From: Alphaproteobacteria bacterium
GTDB taxonomy: Bacteria; Pseudomonadota; Alphaproteobacteria; MPNO01; UBA830
NCBI GenBank assembly: GCA_965243135.1
Contig: OZ251539.1
Span: forward strand, 6,016,001-6,080,000
Reading direction: 5' to 3'
Length of the DNA stretch: 64,000 nucleotides
Shown here: positions 50,896 through 60,986 of the stretch, piece by piece
How positions within the stretch are numbered: position 1 is the stretch's first letter
Layout of the letters: each line of letters opens with the position of its first letter
Made by a program: the position numbers and the translations under genes
The notes under the pieces: model-generated
Databases searched by the model: none
The model's input: only the letters and a program-made list of their open reading frames with translations
Told to the model about the DNA's origin: nothing

Positions 50896-51338
50896 CTGCC
50901 GTCCGCCTTTCCGTTGCCTTGCCAGCGGCCGGATTCCTTCAGCGCTTCCGCGACCTCGGGCGGCATGTAGGTCTCGTCGTGCTTCGCCAGAACGCCGTCG
51001 GCGCGAAAGACGCCGTCGGGCAGCAGGCGTCCCTCCACGACGACGCCCTGACCTTCGCGGAACAGGTCCGGCAAAATCCCTTCGTAAATCACCTCCACCT
51101 CGTTTTTAAGATCCGTCACGCGGAAGGCGACTCTGGCGCCCTGTTTGAGCAGGCTGCCCGTCTTCACCAGGCCGCCCATCCGCATCCTTTCGCCGGAAGC
51201 TTCCCGGGCGGCGATTTCGGAGGGGCTGCGGAAGTAAACGAGGTTGTCGTCGAGCGCCGTCAGCACCAGGGCGGCGGCGGTTCCGGCAGCCAGGGCCGCG
51301 AGAAGGAGGACGGACAGGCGGCGATGCTTGCGCTTCAT
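50892..51338 (-). CDS. ccmE: Heme chaperone CcmE
   Basis: LPDLFREGQGVV and LAKHDETY. Confidence 0.97.
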   Translation of the reverse strand: MKRKHRRLSVLLLAALAAGTAAALVLTALDDNLVYFRSPSEIAAREASGERMRMGGLVKTGSLLKQGARVAFRVTDLKNEVEVIYEGILPDLFREGQGVVVEGRLLPDGVFRADGVLAKHDETYMPPEVAEALKESGRWQGNGKADGS

Positions 51339-51508
51339 TCGGGCCGGTCCGCCCCGCGGCGGTCCGCTTCGAGGGCCGCGAGCTCTTTCTCCCGGGCTCG
51401 CATGGTCCGTATGCTGGCGATCGCGAGCGCCGCGAGCGTTGCCGCCGCGATTCCCCAGGCTGGCCAGACATAGGCGCCGTAACCGCCCATTTGAAGGAAT
51501 TCGTTCAA
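51335..51508 (-). CDS. ccmD: Heme exporter protein CcmD
   Basis: MGGYGAYVWPAWG plus a charged C-terminus; TTG start with GGAG RBS. Confidence 0.9.
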   Translation of the reverse strand: MNEFLQMGGYGAYVWPAWGIAAATLAALAIASIRTMRAREKELAALEADRRGADRPE

Positions 51509-51536
51509 CGTCGGTTTCTCCGCCGGACCGCCCGCA

Positions 51537-52280
51537 TCAGGCCGGCGCGTCTTCCTGCCCGGCGCGCAGCCGGGACAAACGCAGGGCGCGGACACGCCGC
51601 GCCGCGAGTTCGCCGCGCGCCCGCACGATCACGAGCGACACGAACAGCATCGTGAAACCGGCGGCCATGAGCAGAAGCGGAATCAGCATCGATACGTGGA
51701 TCGACGGCAGGCCCAGCTTGCTGACGCTCGCCGGCTGGTGCAGCGTGTTCCACCAATCGACGGAGAACTTGATGACCGGCAGGTTGATCGCTCCGAAGAG
51801 AGCGAGAATCGCTGCCGATTTTTCCCCTCGCGCCGGTTCGTCGAACGCGTTGGCGAGCGCGATGAAGCCGAGATACAGGAAAAACAGTATCAGCACGGAG
51901 GTCAGTCTGGCGTCCCATACCCACCACGCGCCCCACATCGGCTTGCCCCACAGGGAGCCGGTTGCGAGGCAGATCAGGGTGAAGCAGGCCCCCACGGGAG
52001 CCGCCGCGCGCGCCAGGACATGCGCCACCGGGTGCCTCCAGACGAGGCCGACGGCGCTGGCGGCCGCGACGCAGGCGTACGCGAACATCGCCATCCACGC
52101 GGCGGGAACGTGGACGTACATGATGCGCACCGTCTGCCCCTGCTGGTAGTCGGGCGGAGAGGCCGCGAACGCGAAATACAATCCCGCCGCCAACGCCACC
52201 GCCGCCAGCGCGGTCGACCAGGGCAGAACGGCGTTCGCGAGGCGCAGAAAGCGCGTCGGGTTGGCGAAACGATGCAACAT
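51537..52280 (-). CDS. ccmC: Heme exporter CcmC
   Basis: YVHVP, WGKPMWGAWWVWDARLT and WWNTLHQ. Confidence 0.97.
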   Translation of the reverse strand: MLHRFANPTRFLRLANAVLPWSTALAAVALAAGLYFAFAASPPDYQQGQTVRIMYVHVPAAWMAMFAYACVAAASAVGLVWRHPVAHVLARAAAPVGACFTLICLATGSLWGKPMWGAWWVWDARLTSVLILFFLYLGFIALANAFDEPARGEKSAAILALFGAINLPVIKFSVDWWNTLHQPASVSKLGLPSIHVSMLIPLLLMAAGFTMLFVSLVIVRARGELAARRVRALRLSRLRAGQEDAPA

Positions 52281-52366
52281 GAGCGAGTTCTCCGCGCGGC
52301 CAGCCCGCAATCAGTAGCGCCTTGCGGCGCTCGATTGAAGGTTCTTGTTTCCGCTCCGCGGCAAGG

Positions 52367-53032
52367 CTATTCGACCGACGCTTTCAGCGCCGCCGCGCAG
52401 GCCCACGGGCAGAGCGCGAGGCAGCCGAGCGACATGGCGCACAGCATCAGGAGCGGCGGAGCGACGGCGAAGCCGCCGATCGCCGCTTGCACGGCCGACG
52501 TTCCGAAGACGAGCACCGGGACGAGCAGCGGAAGCACCAGCAGAGACAGCAGAACGCCGCCGCGCCGCGCGCCGAGGACGAGGGCGGCGCCAAGCGCGCC
52601 GATCTGGCTTACGACGGCCGTCCCCGCGGCCATCGCGGCCGCCATCGCGCCCAGCCCGGCCGGCTCCAGGCGAAGCATGACTCCGATCGCCGGCGCCGCG
52701 ACCAGAAGGGGCAGGCCGGTCGTGAGCCAGTGCGCGCACACTTTGGCCAGGACCGACAACCACAGCGGAAAAGGCGCGAGGACGAGTTGGTCCAGAGTGC
52801 CGTCCTCGAAGTCGCTCTGAAACAGCCGGTCGAAGGACAGCATCGCCGCCAGCAGCGCGGCAACCCAGAGAATGCCGGGCGCAATTCGCGCGAGCAGGTT
52901 CGGTTCCGGGCCGACGCCGAACGGAAACAGGGCGGCGGCGATCGCGAAAAAGGCGATAACGAGCAGAGTATCGCTCGATTGACGCAGGGCCAGGCGAACG
53001 TCGCGTTCCGCGACGGCGTAAAACGCCCTCAC
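52367..53032 (-). CDS. ccmB: Heme exporter CcmB
   Basis: LFPFGVGPE, LF.SDFEDGTL and LLVLPLLVPVLVFG; GTG overlapping the ccmA stop. Confidence 0.95.
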   Translation of the reverse strand: MRAFYAVAERDVRLALRQSSDTLLVIAFFAIAAALFPFGVGPEPNLLARIAPGILWVAALLAAMLSFDRLFQSDFEDGTLDQLVLAPFPLWLSVLAKVCAHWLTTGLPLLVAAPAIGVMLRLEPAGLGAMAAAMAAGTAVVSQIGALGAALVLGARRGGVLLSLLVLPLLVPVLVFGTSAVQAAIGGFAVAPPLLMLCAMSLGCLALCPWACAAALKASVE

Positions 53033-53667
53033 TGCGGACCGCCCGGCGACGGAGCGTAATCGGAGACGTCGAGGCTCCGGCCGTCGATGTCGAGCGGGTC
53101 GTTGCTCGAAACGACCGCCATGCCGCCGTCGGCGCAGTGCCGGCCGATGGCCTTCGCGACGGTCGTCGCCGCCGCCGCATCGAGAGATGCCGTCGGCTCG
53201 TCCAGCAGCCAAAGCGGCGCGTCGGAGGCCAACGCGCGCGCCAGCGCCAGACGCCTGGTCTGTCCCGCGGACAGGAAACGCGCCGACAGGTCGGCCAGGG
53301 CGGCGATGTCCATGCGGCGCAGCGCGCCCGCCAGTTCTTCTTCGCGGACGGCGCTGCGCAGGCGGGCGTGAAACGCCAGATTCTCCATGACCGTCAGCGC
53401 CGGCTTCACGGCGTCGCGATGGCCGAGAAAATGGATCGCGCCGTTGAATTCCTCCCGGTCTTCGCGCGCCGGCCGGCCGTTCCAGCGGACTTCTCCGGCG
53501 GCGGGCCGGGCGAGTCCGGCCATCAGCCGCAGGAGGCTCGTCTTGCCGGCGCCGTTGGGTCCGCGCAGGACGAGCGCGCCGCCCGGCGCGAGCGAAAAAT
53601 CGAGGCCCTGAAACACGAGGCGCTCGCCCCGGATGCAGGCCAGGCCGTGTCCGGCGAAGCCCTTCAT
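53029..53667 (-). CDS. ccmA: Heme exporter ATP-binding protein CcmA
   Basis: GPNGAGKT, LSAGQ and WLLDEP. Confidence 0.95.
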   Translation of the reverse strand: MKGFAGHGLACIRGERLVFQGLDFSLAPGGALVLRGPNGAGKTSLLRLMAGLARPAAGEVRWNGRPAREDREEFNGAIHFLGHRDAVKPALTVMENLAFHARLRSAVREEELAGALRRMDIAALADLSARFLSAGQTRRLALARALASDAPLWLLDEPTASLDAAAATTVAKAIGRHCADGGMAVVSSNDPLDIDGRSLDVSDYAPSPGGPQ

Positions 53668-53887
53668 GGCGCGGCGGCAACATCCGCCGCGCCGGCGAAC
53701 GCCAAGGGCCGCGGCGACCTGCAGCCGAAGGTCATTGTCTTGAGCGCCTCCCGCCGCGGCGTGCCGGTCATGCGCGAGGCGTCGCGAGCAAGGGGCGAGG
53801 AAGGCTGGGTCGTCCGGCAGGATTTTCGGTCCGTAGGTTTCGCCCGCCCGATTCGGCCTCCGGGCTCCGACGTTCGCGCGCGTCGTC

Positions 53888-54331
53888 TCATGAAAAAATC
53901 GTCGCGTTGCTTCCGTCAGGGAATCGCCGCAGTAGATCGCTCGGTCGTTCCGCCCATCGGATCATCTTGTCCGGATCTCCCAAGTCTTCCGACTGCCGTT
54001 TGTCGGCGATTTTGGCGATGGCAACCGGAACGAAATCGGAATCGATCCATCGAGGCGCGATTCTGGCAGCTGCGTCCGCGCCTGGTTGTCCGGCTATTTT
54101 ATTGCGACCGAGCCTGGTCGCCTTCAGTTCGACGGGCGTTACCCAGTTTTTTCCTCCGGCGGCTACGAACGAATAATCGCAACGCTTGCTGCGCGCAGGC
54201 GCGTTCTCGTCTTCCGAACGAGGTTGCGGCGCGTTTTCCAGAGAAATCGAACATTCTCCCTTCTGAACTTCATTCGTTTCCACGTGCGATTCGTTCGAGT
54301 TTCCTCGAACGCAATCGACTATATTCGTCAT
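53888..54331 (-). CDS. Small PD-(D/E)xK-like partner of the ATPase (possibly eroded)
   Basis: ATGA-coupled to the ATPase; KRCDYSF...PVELK motif. Confidence 0.55.
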   Translation of the reverse strand: MTNIVDCVRGNSNESHVETNEVQKGECSISLENAPQPRSEDENAPARSKRCDYSFVAAGGKNWVTPVELKATRLGRNKIAGQPGADAAARIAPRWIDSDFVPVAIAKIADKRQSEDLGDPDKMIRWAERPSDLLRRFPDGSNATIFS

Positions 54332-55752
54332 TCCGACTTTCCCATGCGACTTCTTATTTCCGCCCAGTTGTTGTGAAGAGCAGCGGATACCCTGGAAAAA
54401 CCAGAGGGGTAAAGTCCGGTCTCCTCGAGACGGATTTCCTTGACGACGGATCCCCCTTCTTGCGGTTCGAACGACCAAGCTCCGACCTGATCCGTTCGCA
54501 GTGCCATCTCGCCGTTCGGAAGGCCATGCCTCGCGTCGCTCGGGAGTTCGGAAATTTGAACCAGATTCGCCAGTTCTTCCAATATCCACTCGCTGTGGGT
54601 CGTGACGATCACCCTGACTCCCGTTCGGACGATCATCGCGAGTTGGCGCGTGAATTCGACCTGCATCCCGGGATGCAGGTGCGATTCCGGTTCTTCGACG
54701 ATCAGCACGTCGTCGGGTCGGACCAGGTGCCGCAGGTACAGGACCAGCGGCGCCAGCTCGGATACCATGGACGAAGCGTTCGTCAGCGGCAAAGTCCGTT
54801 TCCATCCGTTTGGCCGATAGGCGAAGGCCGGATAGCCGCTCGCCCTGCGAATCCTTACGGATCCCTCAAGGATTCGGTCTTCGATGGGCGCGCCGAGGTC
54901 CGGTCGAGATTCGGAGCGCGGCTGCGGCTGACCGCCAAGTTCGGCGAGTCGTTCCAGAAAGTCCGCTAGAACGCCGGGGAGCGCGGCCGTCGATGAACCT
55001 TCCCTCGGCGCGCCGACGATCAAGGCGCCATGCGCATGCATGATGCCGGTCCTGTCGGCGGGGAGATAAAACGGTCGAAAAATCAGCGCGCCGCAAACCT
55101 GCCGTAGAACCATATCAGCGACAGCTCGCGCCAAAGAATGAATTTCGTCCGTTTCCCATCTCTTCAAGGATGACGCAAGCGTTTCTATGTCTTCAATTTG
55201 TTCTTGGTCGTAGATTTGAACATTCTTTGGAACTTTCGTCGCAATCGTAGCCTTGCGCGCGCCAATCAATATGTCGTGCCGGGCGGATTCGTTGTTTCTT
55301 CTTATGATAACTTTCGCCTCATTTTTATTTCCTCCTGAAATCAAGAATTTAGACTCGCTTATCCCGAAACATCTGCATAATTCGTCTTCAATTTCCGACG
55401 AATTCGATTGAGAAATCATATCGCTAATTCCGTCGGCTAAAATATCCGGTATCGCAATATCGTCTCCAATCCTAACTTCTCCATTAAATGTTTTTTTCGT
55501 CCATTCAATCACTTCTCGCGATATGGATTTTTCGTATCCGTAATTTGTTGAACTAACGAAAGGAAATCGACCAGAAATACAGCCGGCATTGTTGAAAAAT
55601 TTATGAAGCGCATAAATCAAAATAGTGAGATAGGATTTGCCCGCGTTGCCGGGGCCGACAAATACCGTCAACGGTCGCAGGTCTATTTTGGCTTTTGAAA
55701 TCGGACCGAAGTCGGAGACCTCGATTTCAAGATCGTTGGGCGCGTTGTTCAT
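54328..55752 (-). CDS. ABC/AAA_15-21-family ATPase
   Basis: DFGPI..LTVFVGPGNAGKS, YLPADRTG, ASSMVSELAP, IVEEPESHLHP and TTHS; AT-rich central part. Confidence 0.88.
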   Translation of the reverse strand: MNNAPNDLEIEVSDFGPISKAKIDLRPLTVFVGPGNAGKSYLTILIYALHKFFNNAGCISGRFPFVSSTNYGYEKSISREVIEWTKKTFNGEVRIGDDIAIPDILADGISDMISQSNSSEIEDELCRCFGISESKFLISGGNKNEAKVIIRRNNESARHDILIGARKATIATKVPKNVQIYDQEQIEDIETLASSLKRWETDEIHSLARAVADMVLRQVCGALIFRPFYLPADRTGIMHAHGALIVGAPREGSSTAALPGVLADFLERLAELGGQPQPRSESRPDLGAPIEDRILEGSVRIRRASGYPAFAYRPNGWKRTLPLTNASSMVSELAPLVLYLRHLVRPDDVLIVEEPESHLHPGMQVEFTRQLAMIVRTGVRVIVTTHSEWILEELANLVQISELPSDARHGLPNGEMALRTDQVGAWSFEPQEGGSVVKEIRLEETGLYPSGFSRVSAALHNNWAEIRSRMGKSE

Positions 55753-55969
55753 TTATCGGTTTCCGATTTTCCCGTTCCGTATCCTGGCGAACGCTAATGC
55801 GAAAAAGAATCCCGGCCAGCCGTTCCCCGTTCTTCGTTGCGAAACCAGAGCCGAAAAACGAAGCTACGCCGCGGCGGCCGTCGATCGCGCGAAGGGAATC
55901 GCGCAAGCGCCCATGGTGCGTCGGTCCGGTTGCATGAATTTTCCCTTGGCGGCTTGCGTCCGTCTTCCG

Positions 55970-56743
55970 TTACAGGGCGAATCTGTGGATGATCGCAAGC
56001 CGCAGGAGACCGAGGCTGTTTTCGACGCGGTAGGGACAGGCTCTCCTTTCGCCTCCCCGGCGGCAACTGCTGTTGGCGGAGCGATTGAGGGTGTGCTTGC
56101 TCTGCCCGAAATCCAGATACGAGCCTTCGATCCGCAGCGTCCAGGCATTGGTGAGGGCGGTTTCGGCGCCGACCCCGATCACCCAGCCGATTTTGGTCGG
56201 TCGGTCGCGGAAGGAATCGTCGGGGTCTACATGCCACGCGCTGGGGTCAATTCCGGGACCGTCTAGATCGGTGACCGAATTTTCGATCCAGGCGGCCGCC
56301 AGCCCTGCGGTGGCGAAGATGGTCGCGGGTCCGATGGCGTGCTCCAATCCGGCGCGCGCCGTGGCGAGCCATTGGAGTTTCGACGCCGCCGTCTCGTCTC
56401 CGACGTTCGGGTCCAAAGCCTTTGTGAACGCCGGAAGGTCGGCGAACACCGTGTCGATTTCGATTCGGACGGGCACGGCCTCGAACTTCATTCCGATCAG
56501 TACGCCGCCAGCGAGTCCGGGGTCATCGTAATCGACGCTATAGCCAGGATTGCCCGTGTTGGAAAAGCCGTCGACATCGACGATCCGGTTACGGGTATCC
56601 GCTGCGCCGACGAAGACGCCGCCGTAAACCCCCGAGGCGGCATCCACGGCGTTGGTGGAATAGCCGAGAACGAGCGCGGCCGATAAGCAGACAGCTGCAT
56701 ACCGCCGAGCGGCACCGAACTTCAAAACGACGCGTTCCTTCAT
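55970..56743 (-). CDS. Outer-membrane beta-barrel protein (Omp25/RopB-like)
   Basis: Signal peptide, G.YGGVFVG, ATARAG, GWVIGVGAE..WTLRIEGSYLDFG and terminal aromatic residue; start uncertain. Confidence 0.8.
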   Translation of the reverse strand: MKERVVLKFGAARRYAAVCLSAALVLGYSTNAVDAASGVYGGVFVGAADTRNRIVDVDGFSNTGNPGYSVDYDDPGLAGGVLIGMKFEAVPVRIEIDTVFADLPAFTKALDPNVGDETAASKLQWLATARAGLEHAIGPATIFATAGLAAAWIENSVTDLDGPGIDPSAWHVDPDDSFRDRPTKIGWVIGVGAETALTNAWTLRIEGSYLDFGQSKHTLNRSANSSCRRGGERRACPYRVENSLGLLRLAIIHRFAL

Positions 56744-56948
56744 GGTCACCATATCCGTTTTCCACAGAGAAGCATCCGAAGATCGCTTCCAGAATACCAA
56801 AATGCGCCGAAGTAGTCGAGGATCTCGCGTTCGCGCCGCTCGGCGCCGGCTCGACGGCGGCGAACAGGAACCTTTTCCTCCAAACCGTCCGCCACCAACG
56901 TATAATTTTCAAATTTATAAAGATCGCTGGATGCCGTAATCTGCTTCT

Positions 56949-57960
56949 CTAGAGCGAAAAAGATCCCGGGATCTCGCCATGCCGTTTCAGAGCCGCCGGT
57001 CCCCGCTGGAACTCGCCGCGGACATTCGAGCGGCGTTGGAAACCATCAGCCGGTCAAGGTCGGAACCAGTGCATCGGGTGACGCGAGCGGCCATGCTGCT
57101 CGCCTACGCTTCCGGCGCGACGATCTCTTCCATCGCCCGCAGCCTCGGCGCCGATCGTCAGAAGGTCGGGCGCTGCGTCGACAAGGCGCTTCGGCTTGGC
57201 GCGCTGGCTGCGTTGGAGGACCTGCCGAGATCCGGCCGCCCGCCGCAGATTTCTTCGGAAGCGCGGAAGTGGGTTGTCGCGCTGGCTTGCCGGAAGCCGA
57301 AGGACTTGGGCTATGCGGAGGAGTCGTGGACGATGAAGCTGCTGGCGCAGCACGTTCGGCAGCATTGCGAAGGAGCGAACCACCCGAGCCTTTCGAAACT
57401 GGCGCCCGCAACGGTGTGGAAGATTCTTTCGCGGCAGGAAAACCGCCCTCGCAAGAACTCCTATCGCCTTGAACGACGGGGTTCGACAGGAAGGTAGTTG
57501 AAGCGCCAACGTTCTGCGGGCGGGTCGCTGCGCGAGCGGGAAAGCCGATCGGACGCGCCGTCGGTCGCCCGCGTTTCCCGCGACGGGAAACCGGGCGTCC
57601 AGGCGATCGGCAAGACCGCGCCCGACCTTCCGCCCGTTCCCGGACGCCGCTCCGCCCACGCCTGCGAGCGCAAGCGTCACGGTCGCGACCGGCATGGACG
57701 CGGCGACCGGTCGCAGTGCGGTCGTCGACCCGGGATCTCGTCGCCTTTCGCCGGCAGCTGGACGCCAGTCGCCCTCCGGCAACCAGGCTCCGGCCGTTCC
57801 GGACAACCGCGCGCGCCGAAACGCGAGCCTTTCCGGCGGTCCGCCGGTGCGAGCTCGCGTTCAAGCCGAAGCATGGGCTGAGCGGAGTCGGTAAGGCCGC
57901 TTGCGCCCCGCTTCCCGGGGCGGACTCGAAGCAAGAGCCGCGGCGTCGTCCGGACGTTCC
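56949..57960 (+). mobile_element. Degraded IS630-family insertion sequence
   Basis: HTH ORF 56979-57497 (ALEDLPRSGRP, WVVALAC.KPKDLGY..WT..LLA), then broken DDE fragments KPGVQAIGKTAPDLPPVPG, PDN and F.PKHG. Confidence 0.82.
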
Positions 57961-58304
57961 TTTTCCGGCGCTCGGGCTTCCGGCAGGAATCGTTTGGCTA
58001 TGCGCCGGGCGCGCTCCGGCGCCGGCCTCCCGTCGCAAGGCTCGCCTCCCGTCAGAAAGCGAAGGATGCCTTCGTGGGGGCGATCCCGCGCCGGTTCCGG
58101 CCCGCGCGTCCCCGGAGCCGGTCCGGTTCAAGTAAGGCTCTCCGAAGAACGACCCGCGTGGCGAGTTCGCCGTTGAAGTTGAAGAAGTGCGCCCGCGCGG
58201 AGGGCCCGCGTCCGGGAGCGAGGATCCCGAGGGCGGCCGCGCCGCTCTTGGAAACCGCGTCGTCTGCGGCTATTTTGCCGTCGGATCGACATGGAGACGA
58301 CGAC

Positions 58305-60980
58305 GTGAGCGTTACCGGACAAGACACGCTGAAGGCGCGGCGCACCCTCGAAGCGGGCGGCCGCGCGTACGATTACTTTAGCCTGGATGCCGTGTCGGAA
58401 GCCGGTTTCGGCGATATCTCGCGACTGCCCGCCTCGCTCAAGGTGCTCGTCGAGAACATGTTGCGTTACGAGGACGGCCGCTCGGTGACCGTCTCCGACA
58501 TCGAAAGGGCCGCTCGGTGGGTCGATACGCGCCGCTCCGACCTCGAAATCGCCTATCGGCCCGCCCGCATTCTTCTTCAGGACTTCACTGGCGTGCCGGC
58601 CGTGGTCGATCTGGCGGCCATGCGTCAGGCGATGGTCGACCTCGGAGGAGACCCGCAGCGCATCAACCCGCTCAGCGCCGTCGATCTCGTGATCGACCAC
58701 TCGGTGATGATCGACGAGTTCGGCAGCAGCGACGCGTTCTCCAGGAACGTCGAACTCGAGTTCGAGCGCAACCGGGAGCGCTACGAGTTCCTCAGATGGG
58801 GCGCCAACGCTTTCGACAACTTCCGCGTCGTGCCGCCCGGCACCGGAATTTGCCACCAGGTCAACCTCGAGTACCTGTCGCAAACCGTCTGGGTGACGAA
58901 GGGCGCCGATGGCGCGGACATCGCCTATCCGGACACCGCCGTCGGCACCGACAGCCACACCACGATGGTCAACGGCCTCTCCGTTCTTGCCTGGGGAGTC
59001 GGCGGCATCGAGGCGGAGGCGGCGATGCTGGGCCAGCCCATATCCATGCTGCTGCCGGAAGTGGTGGGGTTCAGGCTCGCCGGCCGGTTGCGGGAGGGCG
59101 CCACCGCGACCGACCTCGTCCTGACGATCACCCAGATGCTGCGAGAACGCGGAGTGGTCGGGAAGTTCGTCGAGTTCTTCGGCACGGGCGTGGGCGAGCT
59201 GTCCCTTCCCGATCGCGCGACGATCGGGAACATGGCGCCCGAATACGGCGCCACCTGCGGGTTTTTTCCGGTCGACCGAGAAACCTGCGACTACCTCGAG
59301 TTCACCGGCCGCGACCGGGCGGCGCTGGTCGAAGCCTATGCTCGCGCGCAGGGCATGTGGCGCGGCGACGATGCGCCGGAGCCGGTGTTCACCGATACGC
59401 TCGAACTCGATCTGGACGCCGTGGAACCGTCGCTCGCCGGGCCCCGCCGGCCGCAGGACCGGGTCGTCCTGTCGCAGGTCCGGCAGACGGCGCTCGACGC
59501 CATCGCCGAACACCGAGGCGCGGAGCCGGCCGACGCTCCGAGGCAGGACGGCGGGGTGGAGGACGGCGACGTCGTTATCGCGGCGGTCACCAGCTGCACC
59601 AACACGTCGAATCCTTCGGTTCTGGTCGGCGCCGGGCTGCTGGCGCGCAACGCCGTCGCCCGCGGACTGAAGGTCAAGCCGTGGGTCAAGACTTCGCTCG
59701 CGCCGGGCAGCCAGGTCGTGCGGGACTATCTGGAAAAGGCGGGTCTGCAGGACGACCTCGATCGCCTCGGCTTCAATATCGTCGGTTTCGGATGCACGAC
59801 CTGCATCGGGAATTCCGGGCCGTTGCCTGAAAAGGTGGCGGCCGCGGTGGACGACGGCGATCTCGTGGTCGGCGCCGTGCTGTCGGGAAACCGCAACTTC
59901 GAGGGCCGCGTTCATGCGCAGGTGCGCGCCAATTTTCTCGCGTCGCCGCCGCTTGTCGTCGCCTACGCGCTCGCGGGTTCGCTCAAGGTCGACCTTACGC
60001 AGGATCCCCTCGGAGAGGATTCGGACGGCAATCCCGTCTACCTGAAGGACGTGTGGCCCGCCGACTCGGAAATCCGGGACACGATCAGGGATTGCCTGAC
60101 GTCCGACATGTACCGGAGCCGCTACGCCAACGTCTTCGAAGGCCCGGAGCAGTGGAAATCCATCGACAGCCCCGGCAGCGAGACCTACGCTTGGCAGGAT
60201 TCGAGCACCTACGTCAAATACCCCACGTTCTTCGCCGGCATGGAACGCGAACCGGACGAGGTCGTCGATATCGAGGGGGCCCGGCCGCTCCTGATCCTCG
60301 GAGACTCGGTCACGACCGACCACATCTCGCCTGCGGGCGGCATCCAGCGCGAAAGTCCCGCCGGGGAGTATCTGCTCGAACGCCAGATCCGGCCGGCCCA
60401 GTTCAATTCCTACGGTTCGCGGCGCGGCAATCACGAAGTGATGATGCGCGGCACGTTCGCCAATATCAGGATTCGCAACGAGATGGCGCCGGGCGTCGAG
60501 GGCGGCGTCACCCGCCACCAGCCGTCGGGCCGGCAAATGCCGGTCTACGACGCGGCGATGGAGTACCGGAAGGACGGGGTGAACCTCGTCGTCGTCGGCG
60601 GCAAGGAATACGGTACCGGATCGTCGCGCGATTGGGCGGCCAAGGGGACGGCGCTGCTGGGCGTCAAGGCGGTGATCGCCGAAAGCTTCGAACGCATCCA
60701 CCGCTCCAACCTGATCGGGATGGGCGTGCTGCCCCTGCAGTTCAAGCCCGGCACGACGCGCCGGGCGCTCGCTCTCGACGGCACCGAGGTCTACGACATC
60801 GCGGGCATCGCCGAAGGCCTCGCGCCGCGCTGCGAGCTGTCGTGCAGCGTCCGCCGGGCGGACGGCGAAACCGCGAGCTTTCCGCTGGATTGCCGTATCG
60901 ATACGCTGGACGAACTCGACTATTACAGGCACGGGGGCATCCTGCGGTACGTCGTCCGCAACATGCTGGAGGCGGCGTAG
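58305..60980 (+). CDS. acnA: Aconitate hydratase A
   Basis: LQDFTGVP, DLVIDHS, GTDSHT, TSCTNTSN, GCTTCIGNSG and GSSRDWAAKG; GTG start with GGAG RBS. Confidence 0.98.
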   Translation: MSVTGQDTLKARRTLEAGGRAYDYFSLDAVSEAGFGDISRLPASLKVLVENMLRYEDGRSVTVSDIERAARWVDTRRSDLEIAYRPARILLQDFTGVPAVVDLAAMRQAMVDLGGDPQRINPLSAVDLVIDHSVMIDEFGSSDAFSRNVELEFERNRERYEFLRWGANAFDNFRVVPPGTGICHQVNLEYLSQTVWVTKGADGADIAYPDTAVGTDSHTTMVNGLSVLAWGVGGIEAEAAMLGQPISMLLPEVVGFRLAGRLREGATATDLVLTITQMLRERGVVGKFVEFFGTGVGELSLPDRATIGNMAPEYGATCGFFPVDRETCDYLEFTGRDRAALVEAYARAQGMWRGDDAPEPVFTDTLELDLDAVEPSLAGPRRPQDRVVLSQVRQTALDAIAEHRGAEPADAPRQDGGVEDGDVVIAAVTSCTNTSNPSVLVGAGLLARNAVARGLKVKPWVKTSLAPGSQVVRDYLEKAGLQDDLDRLGFNIVGFGCTTCIGNSGPLPEKVAAAVDDGDLVVGAVLSGNRNFEGRVHAQVRANFLASPPLVVAYALAGSLKVDLTQDPLGEDSDGNPVYLKDVWPADSEIRDTIRDCLTSDMYRSRYANVFEGPEQWKSIDSPGSETYAWQDSSTYVKYPTFFAGMEREPDEVVDIEGARPLLILGDSVTTDHISPAGGIQRESPAGEYLLERQIRPAQFNSYGSRRGNHEVMMRGTFANIRIRNEMAPGVEGGVTRHQPSGRQMPVYDAAMEYRKDGVNLVVVGGKEYGTGSSRDWAAKGTALLGVKAVIAESFERIHRSNLIGMGVLPLQFKPGTTRRALALDGTEVYDIAGIAEGLAPRCELSCSVRRADGETASFPLDCRIDTLDELDYYRHGGILRYVVRNMLEAA

Positions 60981-60986
60981 CCGCCT

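Noticed and set aside
58128-60932. Long antisense or alternate-frame ORFs (also 3754-6996, 4851-7106, 20237-22318, 45650-48412, 48727-50970)
   Set aside because: These are expected from high-GC codon bias on or opposite real genes and carry no motifs.
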